A stretch of DNA of 64,000 bases from an uncultured Thermoanaerobaculia bacterium (GCA_964440565.1 CAYTTB010000003.1:70353-134352); one strand, 5' to 3'; counted from the stretch's first letter, positions 45,109 to 54,977 are shown. A program made the numbers and translations. Notes: generated by a model not told the origin, from the sequence alone.

Positions 45109-46692
45109 TCACTCCTCCTTCACCCGCCACTCCTCGATGGTGAAGTAGGGCGAGGCGTCGTTGATCACCACCCCCTCCAGGCGCCGGGCGACGCCGGCGA
45201 GCCGCTCCCCCTCGTACAGGAAGGTGTACGGCTGGTCGCGGTGGACGAGCTCCTGGATCCGGTCGAGGAGCGGCTTCTGGGCGGCGAAGTCCGGAGCCCG
45301 CTCCACCGCCTCGAGGAGGCGGTCCACCTCGGGGTCGGCGTAGCCGATCCAGTTGTAGGTGGGCTCGCCCGGCGCTGCGGAGTGCCACACCGGCGCGAGG
45401 TCGATCTGCGTCCCCTCCCGCCATGCCGACACGTACGCGTCGAACTCGCCCCGCTCCAGCCGCTGGAGCATCACGCCCCACTCGAGGAATCGCGGCTCGA
45501 CGCGCACGCCCACGCGTCGGAGGCCCTCCTGGACCAGGAGACAGATCCGCTGGCGGGTGTCGTTGCCCGCGTTGGTGAGCAGCTCGAAGGCGAGGGGCGT
45601 TCCGCCGCGGTCCAGCGTGCCGTCGCCGTCGCTGTCCGCGTAGCCGGCCGCGGCGAGCAGCCGCCGCGCCGCGGCCGGATCGTACGGGAGCGGCTCCAGG
45701 GAGCGGTCGAACGCCCACATCGTGGAGAGCACGGGCCCCACGCCGACCCTGCCGTGCCCCTCGAGCACCGTGTCCACGATGGCCCGGCGGTCGATGGCCA
45801 GGGTCATGGCGCGGCGCACCGCGGGGTCGTCGAACGGCGGCCGGCGGCAGTTCCAGCCGATGTAGGTGTAGGAGCGGTCGGGGAACGCCACCAGGCGCAC
45901 CCTTGGGCTCGCCGCCACCCGCCTCGCGGCGGAGGGCGGGACGCCCGCGAGGATGTCGATGCCGCCGGCGAGCAGCTGGGTGACGAGGTTGGTCTGGTCG
46001 GGCACGATCCGCCACACCACCCGGCGGAGCCTGGGCCGGCCGGGCCGGAAGTAGCGGGGGTTGCGCTCGAGCACGATCTCCTGCTGCGGGCGGTGGGCGG
46101 CGAGCACGAAGGGGCCGGCGGAGAGCGCCCGGTCCGCCCAGTCCTCCTCCTCCCACCGCTCGAACGGGATCTTCCCGAACGCGTGTGCGGGCAGGATCGG
46201 ACCGTCGTTCGCGTCCATGAGCTGGTACGGGTACCGGCGGTCGAACCGGAACCGGACGGTGCGCGCGTCCACCGCCTCCACCGCGACGATGTGGCGCTTG
46301 ATCTCGACCCCCGGCCAGCCGATGACCTCGGAGGTCTGCACCTTCCACGTGAACACCACGTCGTCCGCGGTGACGGGCACGCCGTCGCTCCACACCGCCC
46401 GCGGGTCGAGGTGGAACGTGACCGCGAGGCCGTCCTCCGATCGCTCCCACCGCTCGGCCAGCCACGGCGCGAAGGAGGGCGGGTGCTCGCGGTAGTCCGG
46501 CTGCTCCACCATCAGGGTGGGGTAGAGCAGGGTGAGCAGGTCCTCGGCGAAGGAGGAGTCCGCGAGGTAGGGGTTCCAGTTCTCGATGTCGGCGAGCTTG
46601 CCCACCACCGCGGTGTCCGCGGGCGGTCCCGCCGGGCCGCCGCCGCAGGCGGCGAGCGCGAGCGCCAGGACGAGTCCGAGCCACCGTCGCAT
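45109..46692 (-). CDS. Family-5 (peptide/nickel) ABC substrate-binding lipoprotein
   Basis: Lipobox LALAAC. Contains WSDGVPVTADDVVFTW, YIGWN and the typical length (527 aa). Confidence 0.88.
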   Translation of the reverse strand: MRRWLGLVLALALAACGGGPAGPPADTAVVGKLADIENWNPYLADSSFAEDLLTLLYPTLMVEQPDYREHPPSFAPWLAERWERSEDGLAVTFHLDPRAVWSDGVPVTADDVVFTWKVQTSEVIGWPGVEIKRHIVAVEAVDARTVRFRFDRRYPYQLMDANDGPILPAHAFGKIPFERWEEEDWADRALSAGPFVLAAHRPQQEIVLERNPRYFRPGRPRLRRVVWRIVPDQTNLVTQLLAGGIDILAGVPPSAARRVAASPRVRLVAFPDRSYTYIGWNCRRPPFDDPAVRRAMTLAIDRRAIVDTVLEGHGRVGVGPVLSTMWAFDRSLEPLPYDPAAARRLLAAAGYADSDGDGTLDRGGTPLAFELLTNAGNDTRQRICLLVQEGLRRVGVRVEPRFLEWGVMLQRLERGEFDAYVSAWREGTQIDLAPVWHSAAPGEPTYNWIGYADPEVDRLLEAVERAPDFAAQKPLLDRIQELVHRDQPYTFLYEGERLAGVARRLEGVVINDASPYFTIEEWRVKEE

Positions 46693-46746
46693 GGGGCCTC
46701 CGGCACCATCGTACCCGCTCCCGCCGTCGGTGCTACGCTGCCGTCC

Positions 46747-47766
46747 GTGAGCTCCCCGGATACGAGGACGGCGCGGACGGTGCTGGCCGTGGACGCGGGC
46801 GGGACCACGACCCGGATGGCGCTGGTGCGGTGGGACGCCGGCGGGCCGGAGCTCGTGGCGGAGCGCCGCGAGTCCAGCCAGCGCTGGCCCGGCCTGGAGC
46901 CCCTGCTGCGGTGGTACCTCGAGGGGGCGCCCGCCCGCCCCGCCGCGGCCGGGGTCGCGGTGGCGGGGCCGGTGCGCGACGGCGCGTGCCGCGCCACCAA
47001 CCTCCCCTGGCTGGTGGAGACGGTGGCGCTGGAGCGGGCGCTGGGGTGCCCGGTGACGCTCGTCAACGACCTCGAGGCGCTGGCGTGGGCGCTCCCCTGG
47101 CTGCCGGGCGAGGCGTTCGCGACCGTGTTCCCGGGCGCACCCGGCGCGGCCGGGAACCTCGCCGTGGTGGGGGTGGGGACGGGCCTCGGGGTCGCGGGGC
47201 TCGTGTGGGACGGGGCACGGCATCTCCCATTCGCCACCGAGGCCGGCCACGCCGGCTTCGCCCCCGCCGACGAGGCCGAGTGGGGACTCGTGCGCGAGCT
47301 CTCCGCGCGGTACGGTCGCGCCAGCCGGGAGCGGGTGGTCTCGGGGCCGGGTCTGGTGGAGCTCGCCCGCCTCGAGGCGCGGCGCACCGGGGCGCGCCCG
47401 GGATGGCTCGGGGACGGCGATCCGGCGGCGGTGAGCCGGGCCGCGGCGGCGGCCGACCCGGTGGCGGTGGCGGCGGTGGGGCGGTTCGTCCGCGCCCTCG
47501 GCCGCGTGGCGGGCGACGTGGCGCTCGAGCTCGGAGCCGCTGGGGGCGTGGTGCTCGCGGGAGGGGTCGCCCTGCGCCTGCGGCGGTGGCTCGAGGGTCC
47601 GGCGTTCCGCGAGGCGTTCCTCGCCAAGGGCCGGATGCGGCCGCTCATGGAGCGGGTTCCGGTCCGGCTGCTGCTCGAGGAACGGGCGGGGCTCCTCGGT
47701 GCCGCCCGGCGGGCGGTGGCGGGGCCCCCACCCATCGGCGGGGGCGATCCGCCCAGCGGGCGGTGA
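46747..47766 (+). CDS. glk: Glucokinase
   Basis: Contains LAVDAGGTTTRMAL, NLPW, VNDLEA, GTGLG, EAGHAGFAP and VLAGGVA. GTG start. Confidence 0.82.
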   Translation: MSSPDTRTARTVLAVDAGGTTTRMALVRWDAGGPELVAERRESSQRWPGLEPLLRWYLEGAPARPAAAGVAVAGPVRDGACRATNLPWLVETVALERALGCPVTLVNDLEALAWALPWLPGEAFATVFPGAPGAAGNLAVVGVGTGLGVAGLVWDGARHLPFATEAGHAGFAPADEAEWGLVRELSARYGRASRERVVSGPGLVELARLEARRTGARPGWLGDGDPAAVSRAAAAADPVAVAAVGRFVRALGRVAGDVALELGAAGGVVLAGGVALRLRRWLEGPAFREAFLAKGRMRPLMERVPVRLLLEERAGLLGAARRAVAGPPPIGGGDPPSGR

Positions 47767-47799
47767 GGCGCGATCGCGGCCCCTCCTCCGGCACGGTAT

Positions 47800-47805
47800 T
47801 AGAAT
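47800..47805 (+). promoter_or_regulatory. Candidate -10 hexamer TAGAAT upstream of the REC-HD-GYP gene
   Basis: The context is GGTATTAGAATGAGG, 17 nt before ATG 47822, with GGAG in between. Confidence 0.35.
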
Positions 47806-47821
47806 GAGGCCAGGAGCCGCC

Positions 47822-49345
47822 ATGGACCGCATCCTCGTGGTGGAGGACTCGCCCACGGCACGCGCGGGGCTCGTGCGTGCGCTCGAGCGGGCGGGGTTCG
47901 CGGTGGAGACGGCGGCCACGCTTGCGGAGGGACGGGCGGCGCTGACCCGCGAGCCCTACCCCGACCTGCTCCTGCTCGACCTCGGCCTGCCGGACGGTGA
48001 CGGGGCCGAGCTGTGCCGGGAGGCGCGGTCCCTGGACGAGACCGCGCGCATCCCGGTGCTCGTGCTCACCGCCGCGTCGGAGGACGAGGTCCGCCTGCGG
48101 CTGCTGGAGATCGGCGCCGACGAGTTCCTGGTGAAGCCGGTGGACGAAGGGGAGCTCCTCGCGCGGGTGCGCACCCTGCTGCGGGCGAAGCACCTGTCGG
48201 ATCGCCTCCTGGTGTCGTACCTGGAGATGGACCGCCTGGGCCAGCTCGCCGAGAGCTTCCTCGGGCGGCCGGTGAGCGAGTGGAGCCGCGCGGAGGTGGC
48301 GGACGCCCTGGCCAGCCACCTGCTCGGGGCGGGGTCCGACCGCAGCCTGAGGCCGCGGGCGGTGTGCGCCCTGATGCGGACGGCCGCCGGGTGGCTGGGG
48401 GCGGCCTGGTGGTGGGAGGACGGGGAGTTCCACGGCCGGCCGGTGTCCTCCGCGCCGCCCGGCCGGCTGGAGGAGGAGCTGGAGCGGTACCACCGGGGCG
48501 GGGGCAGGTACCTCGGGAACGAGCCCGTCCCCCGCGAGCTGCTGCGGGCCCTGGGCCTGCCGCCCCACCTCGAGCTTGGGAACCTCGCCGGGGTCCGCTG
48601 GGGGGACAACCTGGTGGTGGCGGCGGGCTACCCGTGGGAGGTGGGCAGCTACGAGCTGCCACTGCTGCGCGCGCTGCACCGGCACTGGAACGTCTTCGAC
48701 CGCCTGAGGCGGGAGGCGCGCGAGGTGGAGCGCGCCTTCTTCCACACCATGGAGGCACTGGCGGTGGCCGCCGAGTTCTACGACGGCGGCACCGAGCTGC
48801 ACATTCGCCGGGTGGCGGAACTCAGCGCACGGCTGGCCCGGTACGCTGGGCGGAGCGATCACGAGGTGCGGTGGCTCCGCCACTCGGCCAAGGTCCACGA
48901 CGTGGGCAAGATCACCATCCCCATCGAGCTGCTGGCCAAGCGTGACCGGCTGACGCGCGAGGAGCGGCGGTGGCTCGAGTGCCACACCGTCAACGGCGAG
49001 CGCCTGCTGCGCGGGGCGGGCCACCTGGAGATGGCGCGGCGGATCGCGCGTCACCACCACGAGTGCTGGGACGGGTCGGGCTATCCGGACGGTCTCTCGG
49101 GCCCCCAGATCCCATGGGAGGCGCGGATCGTCAAGCTCGTGGACGTGTACGACGCGCTGCGCTCGCGGCGGCCGTACAAGGAGGCGCTGGATCACGCGGC
49201 CGCGCTCGAGCTGATGCGGCGCGGCGACGAGCGGATCCGGCCGGAGCACTTCGACCCCGACCTCCTGGCCCTGTTCCTGCACCACGGCCAGGACCTGGGC
49301 GGGCTGTACGACGCCCTGGCGGAGGGGGTGCCCGCGCACGGGTAG
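47822..49345 (+). CDS. Response regulator with HD-GYP c-di-GMP phosphodiesterase domain and a central unknown domain
   Basis: REC ILVVEDSP..LLLDLGLPDGDG..LVKP. HD-GYP HDVGKITIP..HHHECWDGSGYPDGL. Confidence 0.88.
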   Translation: MDRILVVEDSPTARAGLVRALERAGFAVETAATLAEGRAALTREPYPDLLLLDLGLPDGDGAELCREARSLDETARIPVLVLTAASEDEVRLRLLEIGADEFLVKPVDEGELLARVRTLLRAKHLSDRLLVSYLEMDRLGQLAESFLGRPVSEWSRAEVADALASHLLGAGSDRSLRPRAVCALMRTAAGWLGAAWWWEDGEFHGRPVSSAPPGRLEEELERYHRGGGRYLGNEPVPRELLRALGLPPHLELGNLAGVRWGDNLVVAAGYPWEVGSYELPLLRALHRHWNVFDRLRREAREVERAFFHTMEALAVAAEFYDGGTELHIRRVAELSARLARYAGRSDHEVRWLRHSAKVHDVGKITIPIELLAKRDRLTREERRWLECHTVNGERLLRGAGHLEMARRIARHHHECWDGSGYPDGLSGPQIPWEARIVKLVDVYDALRSRRPYKEALDHAAALELMRRGDERIRPEHFDPDLLALFLHHGQDLGGLYDALAEGVPAHG

Positions 49346-49382
49346 CCTGTCCCCTCCGGCGAAGGGAGGCCCGGGGGCGGGG

Positions 49383-51824
49383 ATGCGTTACCATCCGCGG
49401 GTGCGGTGGCTCCGGTTCGGCGCGCTCCTCCTCGTCGCCGCGGCGACGGCCGGCTGCGGCCGGCGTGCGCCCGAGGTGCGGGGCGTGGTCCTCATCAGCC
49501 TCGACACCACCCGCGCCGACCACCTGAGCTGCTACGGGTTCCCGCACGCCACCACCCCCCACGTGGACCTGCTCGCCGCCCGGGGCGTGCGGTTCGAGCA
49601 CGTGGTCTCGCCCGTGCCCATCACCCTGCCGGCGCACGCCTCGATGCTCACGGGGCTCGAGCCGCCCGAGCACGGCGTCCACGACAACATGAACTACCGC
49701 CTGGGCGACGGCGTCACCACGCTGGCCGAGCGCCTCCGCGACGCCGGGTTCGCCACCGGGGGGTTCGTGAGCGCCTTCGTCCTCGAGCGCCGGTTCGGCC
49801 TCGCCCAGGGGTTCGGGACCTACGACGACCGGTTCGAGGGATCGGGGCGCCGGACCGACTTCGGGGTGGAGCGGCCCGGGGCCGAGACCGCGCGCCGCGC
49901 CGTGGCGTGGCTGAAGGCCCATGCCGGCGGGAGGTTCTTCCTGTTCGTGCACCTGTACGAGCCGCACGAGCCGTACGAGCCGCCCGAGCCGTTCTCCTCG
50001 CGTTTCGCCGACGATCCGTACTCGGGCGAGATCGCGGCCGCGGACGAGGCGGCGGGCCGCGTCCTCGCCGCCCTGGACGAGCTCGGCCTCACCGAGCGCA
50101 CGCTGGTGATGGTGGTGGGCGACCACGGCGAGATGCTGGGGGAGCACGGCGAGCGGACCCACACCTACTTCCTCTACCAGGGAGCGGTGGAGGTGCCGTG
50201 GGTGGTGGCCGGCCCGGGGATCCCGGGGCCGCGCACGGTGACGGAACGGGTGGGGCTCGTGGACCTGGTCCCCACCGTGTGCGGGCTCCTGGGCCTCGAG
50301 CCTCCCCCGGGCGTGGCGGGTCGCGACCTCTCGCGGTGGCTGCGGGGACGGGCGCCGGCCGCGCCCGGGCCTCGGGCCTACTACCTGGAGAGCGTCACCC
50401 CCACCCGGTACGGCGCCAACCCGCTGCTGGGGATCGTGGATGGGCGCTGGAAGTACCTCAGGACCACGCGCCCGGAGCTCTACGATCTGACCGCGGACCC
50501 CGGCGAGACCCGGAACCTGTTCGACCCGCGGCGGCCGGAGGTGCGCCGGCTGCAGCGGGAGCTCGCGGCGCGGCTCGGACGGCGGGGGGCGAGCGGGCAC
50601 GCGGCGAGCGATCGCGAGGCGGTGGCCAAGCTGCGCTCGCTCGGGTACCTCGGGGGCGGCGTCCGGGACGACCTCCGCGTCGAGCCGGGCCGGGCCGACC
50701 CCAAGGACCTGATCGGCCTCCACGTGGACCACCAGCGGGCGATCCGGCTGATCTCGGCGGGCGAGCTCGACGAGGCGGAGCGGCTATGCCGGCGGATCCT
50801 GGACGGGCATCCGGGCTTCTGGGAGGCGGCGACGAACCTGGCCCGCATCGCGCTGGCGCGCGAGGACTGGGAGGAGGCGGTGCGCCGGTACCGGAGGGCG
50901 CTTGAGCTCAAGCCGGACCAGTACCACGCGCTGTTCGACCTCGGCGTGGCGCTCACCCACCTGGGGCGGCGGGACGAGGCGGTGGCGGCGTTCCGGCGCG
51001 CGGTCCCGCTGGATCCGGAGCCGCCCAAGGCGCTCTTCAACCTCGGGGTGGCGCTGCTCGACGCCGGCCGTCCCGGCGAGGCAGCGGAGGCGCTCCGGCG
51101 CGCCCTCGAGGTGGCACCGGACGATCCGCGTGTGGTCCACCGGCTGGCCGAGGCGCTCACCGGGGCCGGCCGCGCGGGGGAGGCGGAGCGGCTCCTCGCG
51201 ACGGCGGCCGCACGCCATCCCCGCGATGCACGGCTGCTGTTCGACCTCGCGCAGGTCCGGCTTCGCCTCGGCGACGACGACGGCGCGGTGACGGCGCTGC
51301 GGGAGATGCTGGCCACGGCGCCGGAGGATGCGAGGCTGCGGCGGCGGGCGAGCGGGCTTCTGGCGGCCCAGGGGCGGGGCGACCTGCTCGGCCGGGTGCT
51401 GCCGGGTGGGGAGCCCGGCGGCGCCCCCCGCGGGGTCGGGCCCTCGACGGAGCACGCGGTGGCGCTGGCCCAGCGGGGGCGGCTCGACGAGGCGGAGGCG
51501 GAGATCCGGAAGGTGCTCGAGGCGGATCCCGACGACGCCGGCGCCTGGCTCGACCTCGGCATGATCGCCATCCAGCGGCGGGGCGTGCCCGACGGGGTGC
51601 GCGAGGCGTTGCCGGCGTTCGAGCGGGCGGTGCGGCTTCGGCCGGACCTCGCCGAGGCGCGGTACAACCTGGGGGTGGCGTACGCCACCCTCGGCCGCCC
51701 GGACGACGCCCGGCGGGAGCTCGAGGCGGCTCGGGAGCTCGCGCGCCGGCAGGGGAAGGCCGGCCTGGAGCACCGGATCGAGAGCGCACTGACCGGGCTG
51801 GGCGGCGCCGTCTCCGGTGGCTGA
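49383..51824 (+). CDS. Sulfatase-like (alkaline-phosphatase superfamily) lipoprotein with C-terminal TPR array
   Basis: Lipobox ATAGC. Contains SLDTTRADH, VPITLPAHASMLTG and DHGEMLGEHG, followed by about 350 aa of TPR. Confidence 0.85.
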   Translation: MRYHPRVRWLRFGALLLVAAATAGCGRRAPEVRGVVLISLDTTRADHLSCYGFPHATTPHVDLLAARGVRFEHVVSPVPITLPAHASMLTGLEPPEHGVHDNMNYRLGDGVTTLAERLRDAGFATGGFVSAFVLERRFGLAQGFGTYDDRFEGSGRRTDFGVERPGAETARRAVAWLKAHAGGRFFLFVHLYEPHEPYEPPEPFSSRFADDPYSGEIAAADEAAGRVLAALDELGLTERTLVMVVGDHGEMLGEHGERTHTYFLYQGAVEVPWVVAGPGIPGPRTVTERVGLVDLVPTVCGLLGLEPPPGVAGRDLSRWLRGRAPAAPGPRAYYLESVTPTRYGANPLLGIVDGRWKYLRTTRPELYDLTADPGETRNLFDPRRPEVRRLQRELAARLGRRGASGHAASDREAVAKLRSLGYLGGGVRDDLRVEPGRADPKDLIGLHVDHQRAIRLISAGELDEAERLCRRILDGHPGFWEAATNLARIALAREDWEEAVRRYRRALELKPDQYHALFDLGVALTHLGRRDEAVAAFRRAVPLDPEPPKALFNLGVALLDAGRPGEAAEALRRALEVAPDDPRVVHRLAEALTGAGRAGEAERLLATAAARHPRDARLLFDLAQVRLRLGDDDGAVTALREMLATAPEDARLRRRASGLLAAQGRGDLLGRVLPGGEPGGAPRGVGPSTEHAVALAQRGRLDEAEAEIRKVLEADPDDAGAWLDLGMIAIQRRGVPDGVREALPAFERAVRLRPDLAEARYNLGVAYATLGRPDDARRELEAARELARRQGKAGLEHRIESALTGLGGAVSGG

Positions 51825-51843
51825 GCGCCACGGGCCGGCGCCT

Positions 51844-51970
51844 GCGGTGCCGGTGCCGGCCTCACGGCTTCGGGGCCGCGGTAGGAGCCGTGGGCATGGG
51901 ACCCCTCGGGGCCGCGCCCCTCGGGGTGGCGTTCGGCCACGGCACCGGCGGTGCCGGTGCCGGCCTCACG
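51844..51970. repeat. 23-nt exact direct repeat (about 30 nt allowing 2 mismatches), copies 104 bp apart in a convergent intergenic region
   Basis: GCGGTGCCGGTGCCGGCCTCACG occurs at 51844-51866 and 51948-51970. The second copy contains the elbB stop codon. Confidence 0.6.
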
Positions 51971-52625
51971 CCATCTCGAGCAGCGCGCGCACGGTCTTCT
52001 CGATCCCCTCGGCGGCCTCGGAGATGCGCTGCGCCAGCATGTACGCCGGGGTGGTGACGAGCTTGCGCTCCCGGTCCACCACGAACTCCGTCACCGGGCA
52101 GGCGAGGTGGTGCGCGCCCATCCGCTCCAGCGCTCCGGCGGTGTCCGCGTCGGTGCCGATGGTGAGCTCGGGCGCCTCCTCGCCGAGGACGCGGGCGAGG
52201 ATCGCCGGGGCGATGCACACCGCCGCCACCGGCTTGCCCTGGGCGTGGACCTCGCGCACCAGGCGGGCCACCTCGGGGTGGACCGAGCAGTCCGGCCCGG
52301 CCACCGCGAAGTCGCTGAGGTTCTTGGCAGCCCCGAACCCGCCCGGGATGATGAGCGCGTCGAGCTCATCCGCCGTGACCTCGGCGATGTCGCGGATGTC
52401 GCCGCGGGCGATGCGCGCGGACTCCACCAGCACGTTGCGGGTCTCGCCCTCGGCCACCTCGCCGGTGAGGTGGTTCACCACGTGCATCTGGGGGATGTCC
52501 GGCGCGCACAGGACCATCTCGGCTCCGGCCCGGTCCAGGGCGAGCATGGTGATCACCGCCTCGTGGATCTCGGAACCGTCGTACACCCCGCAGCCGGAGA
52601 GGATCACGCCGACCTTCTTCGCCAT
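51966..52625 (-). CDS. elbB: ElbB-type DJ-1/PfpI-family protein (glyoxalase III-like)
   Basis: Contains KKVGVILSGCGVYDGSEIHE, IIPGGFGAAKNL and AAVCIAP. Confidence 0.85.
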   Translation of the reverse strand: MAKKVGVILSGCGVYDGSEIHEAVITMLALDRAGAEMVLCAPDIPQMHVVNHLTGEVAEGETRNVLVESARIARGDIRDIAEVTADELDALIIPGGFGAAKNLSDFAVAGPDCSVHPEVARLVREVHAQGKPVAAVCIAPAILARVLGEEAPELTIGTDADTAGALERMGAHHLACPVTEFVVDRERKLVTTPAYMLAQRISEAAEGIEKTVRALLEMA

Positions 52626-52882
52626 CGTCCACCTCCTTGCTGGGCTCGCCGCTGGCGCGGCAGCCCCATTCTACGGCGCCCCTGCCGGCGGTGGCCCGGG
52701 CTGCCGGGGCCCGGGGACGTGCCGCGGCTCCGGTCCCGGGGGAGCGGACGCCGCTCTGCCAGGCGGCGCCTGACGGATCGGGAGGTGGCGGCGCGCGATG
52801 CCCGGCCGCACGGCGTCTCGCCTCCCCGGCGTCCCGATCACCGCGGAAATCACGGGGTCCGCCGGGTGCGAGGTGGCGGGGG

Positions 52883-54247
52883 TCATCCCCGGCCGTCCCC
52901 CGCGGGCAGCTCGATGCACACCTCGAGGCCACCGGCCGGCCGGTTGGCGGCGCGCACCGAGCCACCGTGGGCGCGCACCGCGGCCGCGGCGATGGCGAGA
53001 CCGAGGCCAGTTCCGCCGGGGCCGCGCCCCCGGTGGGCCTCCACCCGGAAGAACGGCCGGAACAGGTCCTCCAGGTGCTCCTCGGGGACGCCGGGGCCAC
53101 GGTCGGCCACGGTGACCACGGCCCGGCCTTCCGCCGCGCGGAGGCGCACCTCGACGGTGGTGCCGGGGGCGGTGTGGGCCACGGCGTTGCGGACCACGTT
53201 CTCCACCGCCGCGTGGAGCAGCCGGGGGTCGCCGGTGACGGTCACCGGCTCGAGGTGGGGCTCGAGACCCACGTCGCGGCCGGCGGCCTCGTACCGGGCG
53301 TCCTCCACCACCCCCTCCATCAGGTGGTGGAGCGCCACCGGCTCGCGCTGGAGCCCCCCGGCCCCGGCCTCGAGGCGCGAGAGGGTGAGCAGCTGCCCGA
53401 CGAGACCGTCGAGCCGTCCGGCCTCGAGGGCGATGCGGTCGAGGGCCGCGTCGCGCTCCGCGGGGTCGTCGGTCCGGGCGAGCTCGAGCGCGACGCCGAG
53501 CCGTGCCAGCGGCGACCGCAGCTCGTGCGAGACATCGCGGAGCAGGCGGCGCTGGGCCTCGAGAAGGCGCTCCAGACGTCCGGCCATGGCGTCGAAGTCG
53601 CGGGCGAGCTGCCCGAACTCGTCCCGCCGGCGGGTCAGCGGCTCGCCCACGCGGGCCGCGAGGTCGCCCGCGGCGAGACGTCGCGTGGCGGCGGAGAGCG
53701 GGCGCAGGGGTGCGGTGAGGCGCCGCGCCAGCACCGCAGCGATGAGGCCGAGGGCCACGAGCGCGAGTGCCAGGCGGGGGAGCAGGACGCGCGGCTCGAG
53801 CAGGTCGAGCGCGCCCGGCGGGCGCCGGACGGCCACCACCCCGACGAGGAGCCGTCCCCACGGATCGGTGGTGGCCAGGGCCGCGAGGTGGAGCGCGCCG
53901 GAACGGGCGGTCAGCACCTCGCCGGGGGAGGCGGCCGCCTCGCGCGCCAGTTCCGAGGCGGCGCGGGGGAGCCGGGGGCCGGCCAGCACCCGGCCGTCCG
54001 GGGTCGCGATCCATCCCGCGAGGCCGTGGCGCCGGCGCGGGCAGGGTGGCGGCCGGAGCTCCCCGCGCTCGATGCGGGCGGCCAGCAGCCGGACACGATG
54101 CCGCACCACCGCGGCGGCCCGGCGCTCCCAGCGGAGGACCCCGGGGCGGGTTCGGGTGAGCAGCGGCGAGGTGGCCACCAGCACCACCGCCACCGCGGCG
54201 GTCACCGCCCACAGCCAGAGGAAGATCCTGAGCGCGAGCCGGTTCAC
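52883..54247 (-). CDS. CpxA/BaeS-like envelope sensor histidine kinase
   Basis: Two TM helices, a HAMP domain, H-box DVSHELRSPL, and NAVAHT, DRGPGV and GTGLGLAI. Confidence 0.88.
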   Translation of the reverse strand: MNRLALRIFLWLWAVTAAVAVVLVATSPLLTRTRPGVLRWERRAAAVVRHRVRLLAARIERGELRPPPCPRRRHGLAGWIATPDGRVLAGPRLPRAASELAREAAASPGEVLTARSGALHLAALATTDPWGRLLVGVVAVRRPPGALDLLEPRVLLPRLALALVALGLIAAVLARRLTAPLRPLSAATRRLAAGDLAARVGEPLTRRRDEFGQLARDFDAMAGRLERLLEAQRRLLRDVSHELRSPLARLGVALELARTDDPAERDAALDRIALEAGRLDGLVGQLLTLSRLEAGAGGLQREPVALHHLMEGVVEDARYEAAGRDVGLEPHLEPVTVTGDPRLLHAAVENVVRNAVAHTAPGTTVEVRLRAAEGRAVVTVADRGPGVPEEHLEDLFRPFFRVEAHRGRGPGGTGLGLAIAAAAVRAHGGSVRAANRPAGGLEVCIELPAGDGRG

Positions 54248-54936
54248 CGGGCGCTCCCCGCCGGCCGGACGTACAGGTAGCCGACGCCCCGCACCGTCTT
54301 GATCCGCTCGCGGCCGTCGGGCAGGGGTCCGAGCTTGCGCCGCAACGCCGAGACGTGCACGTCGAGGCTGCGGTCGAAGGGCGACGGGCGTCGGCCCAGC
54401 ACCTCCCGGTACAGCGCCTCTCGGGTGACCACCGTGCCCGCGCGGCGCAGCAGCGCCTCGAGGAGGGAGAACTCGGCCCCGGTGAGCCGCACGGGCTCGC
54501 CCCCGCGGCGCACCTCGCGCGCACCGGGATCGAGCTCGAGGTCGCCGAGCGCGAGGAGCCCACCCGGGGCCCGCGGCTCGAGCCTGCGGAGGATCGCGCG
54601 GATCCGGGCCACGAGCTCCCGGGGGTTGAACGGCTTGGGCAGGTAGTCGTCGGCCCCCAGCTCCAGCCCCACGATCCGGTCCACGTCCTCGCCGCGCGCC
54701 GTGAGCATGATCACGGGGACGTCGGAGCGCGCCCGGAGGCGCCGGAGGACCTCGAACCCGTCCATCCCCGGCAGCATCACGTCCAGGACGACGAGGTCGG
54801 CGGCGCCGGAGACGGCGAGCCGGAGGCCCTCGGGTCCGTCGTGCGCGGCCGTCACCTCGAACCCCTCCCGCCCGAGCTGGCGGGCGAGCAGGTCGCCGAG
54901 CTCCGCGTCGTCGTCCACGATGAGGATCCTCGTCAC
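54244..54936 (-). CDS. OmpR/CpxR-family response regulator
   Basis: Contains ILIVDDD..VLDVMLPGMDG..LPKPF and the winged helix LTGAEFSLLEAL..VHVSALRRKL..GVGY. GTG 54936 is preferred over GTG 54984. Confidence 0.88.
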   Translation of the reverse strand: MTRILIVDDDAELGDLLARQLGREGFEVTAAHDGPEGLRLAVSGAADLVVLDVMLPGMDGFEVLRRLRARSDVPVIMLTARGEDVDRIVGLELGADDYLPKPFNPRELVARIRAILRRLEPRAPGGLLALGDLELDPGAREVRRGGEPVRLTGAEFSLLEALLRRAGTVVTREALYREVLGRRPSPFDRSLDVHVSALRRKLGPLPDGRERIKTVRGVGYLYVRPAGSAR

Positions 54937-54977
54937 GGCGTCCCCATTCTCGGGGGACCCGACCGCCGGACGCAACC

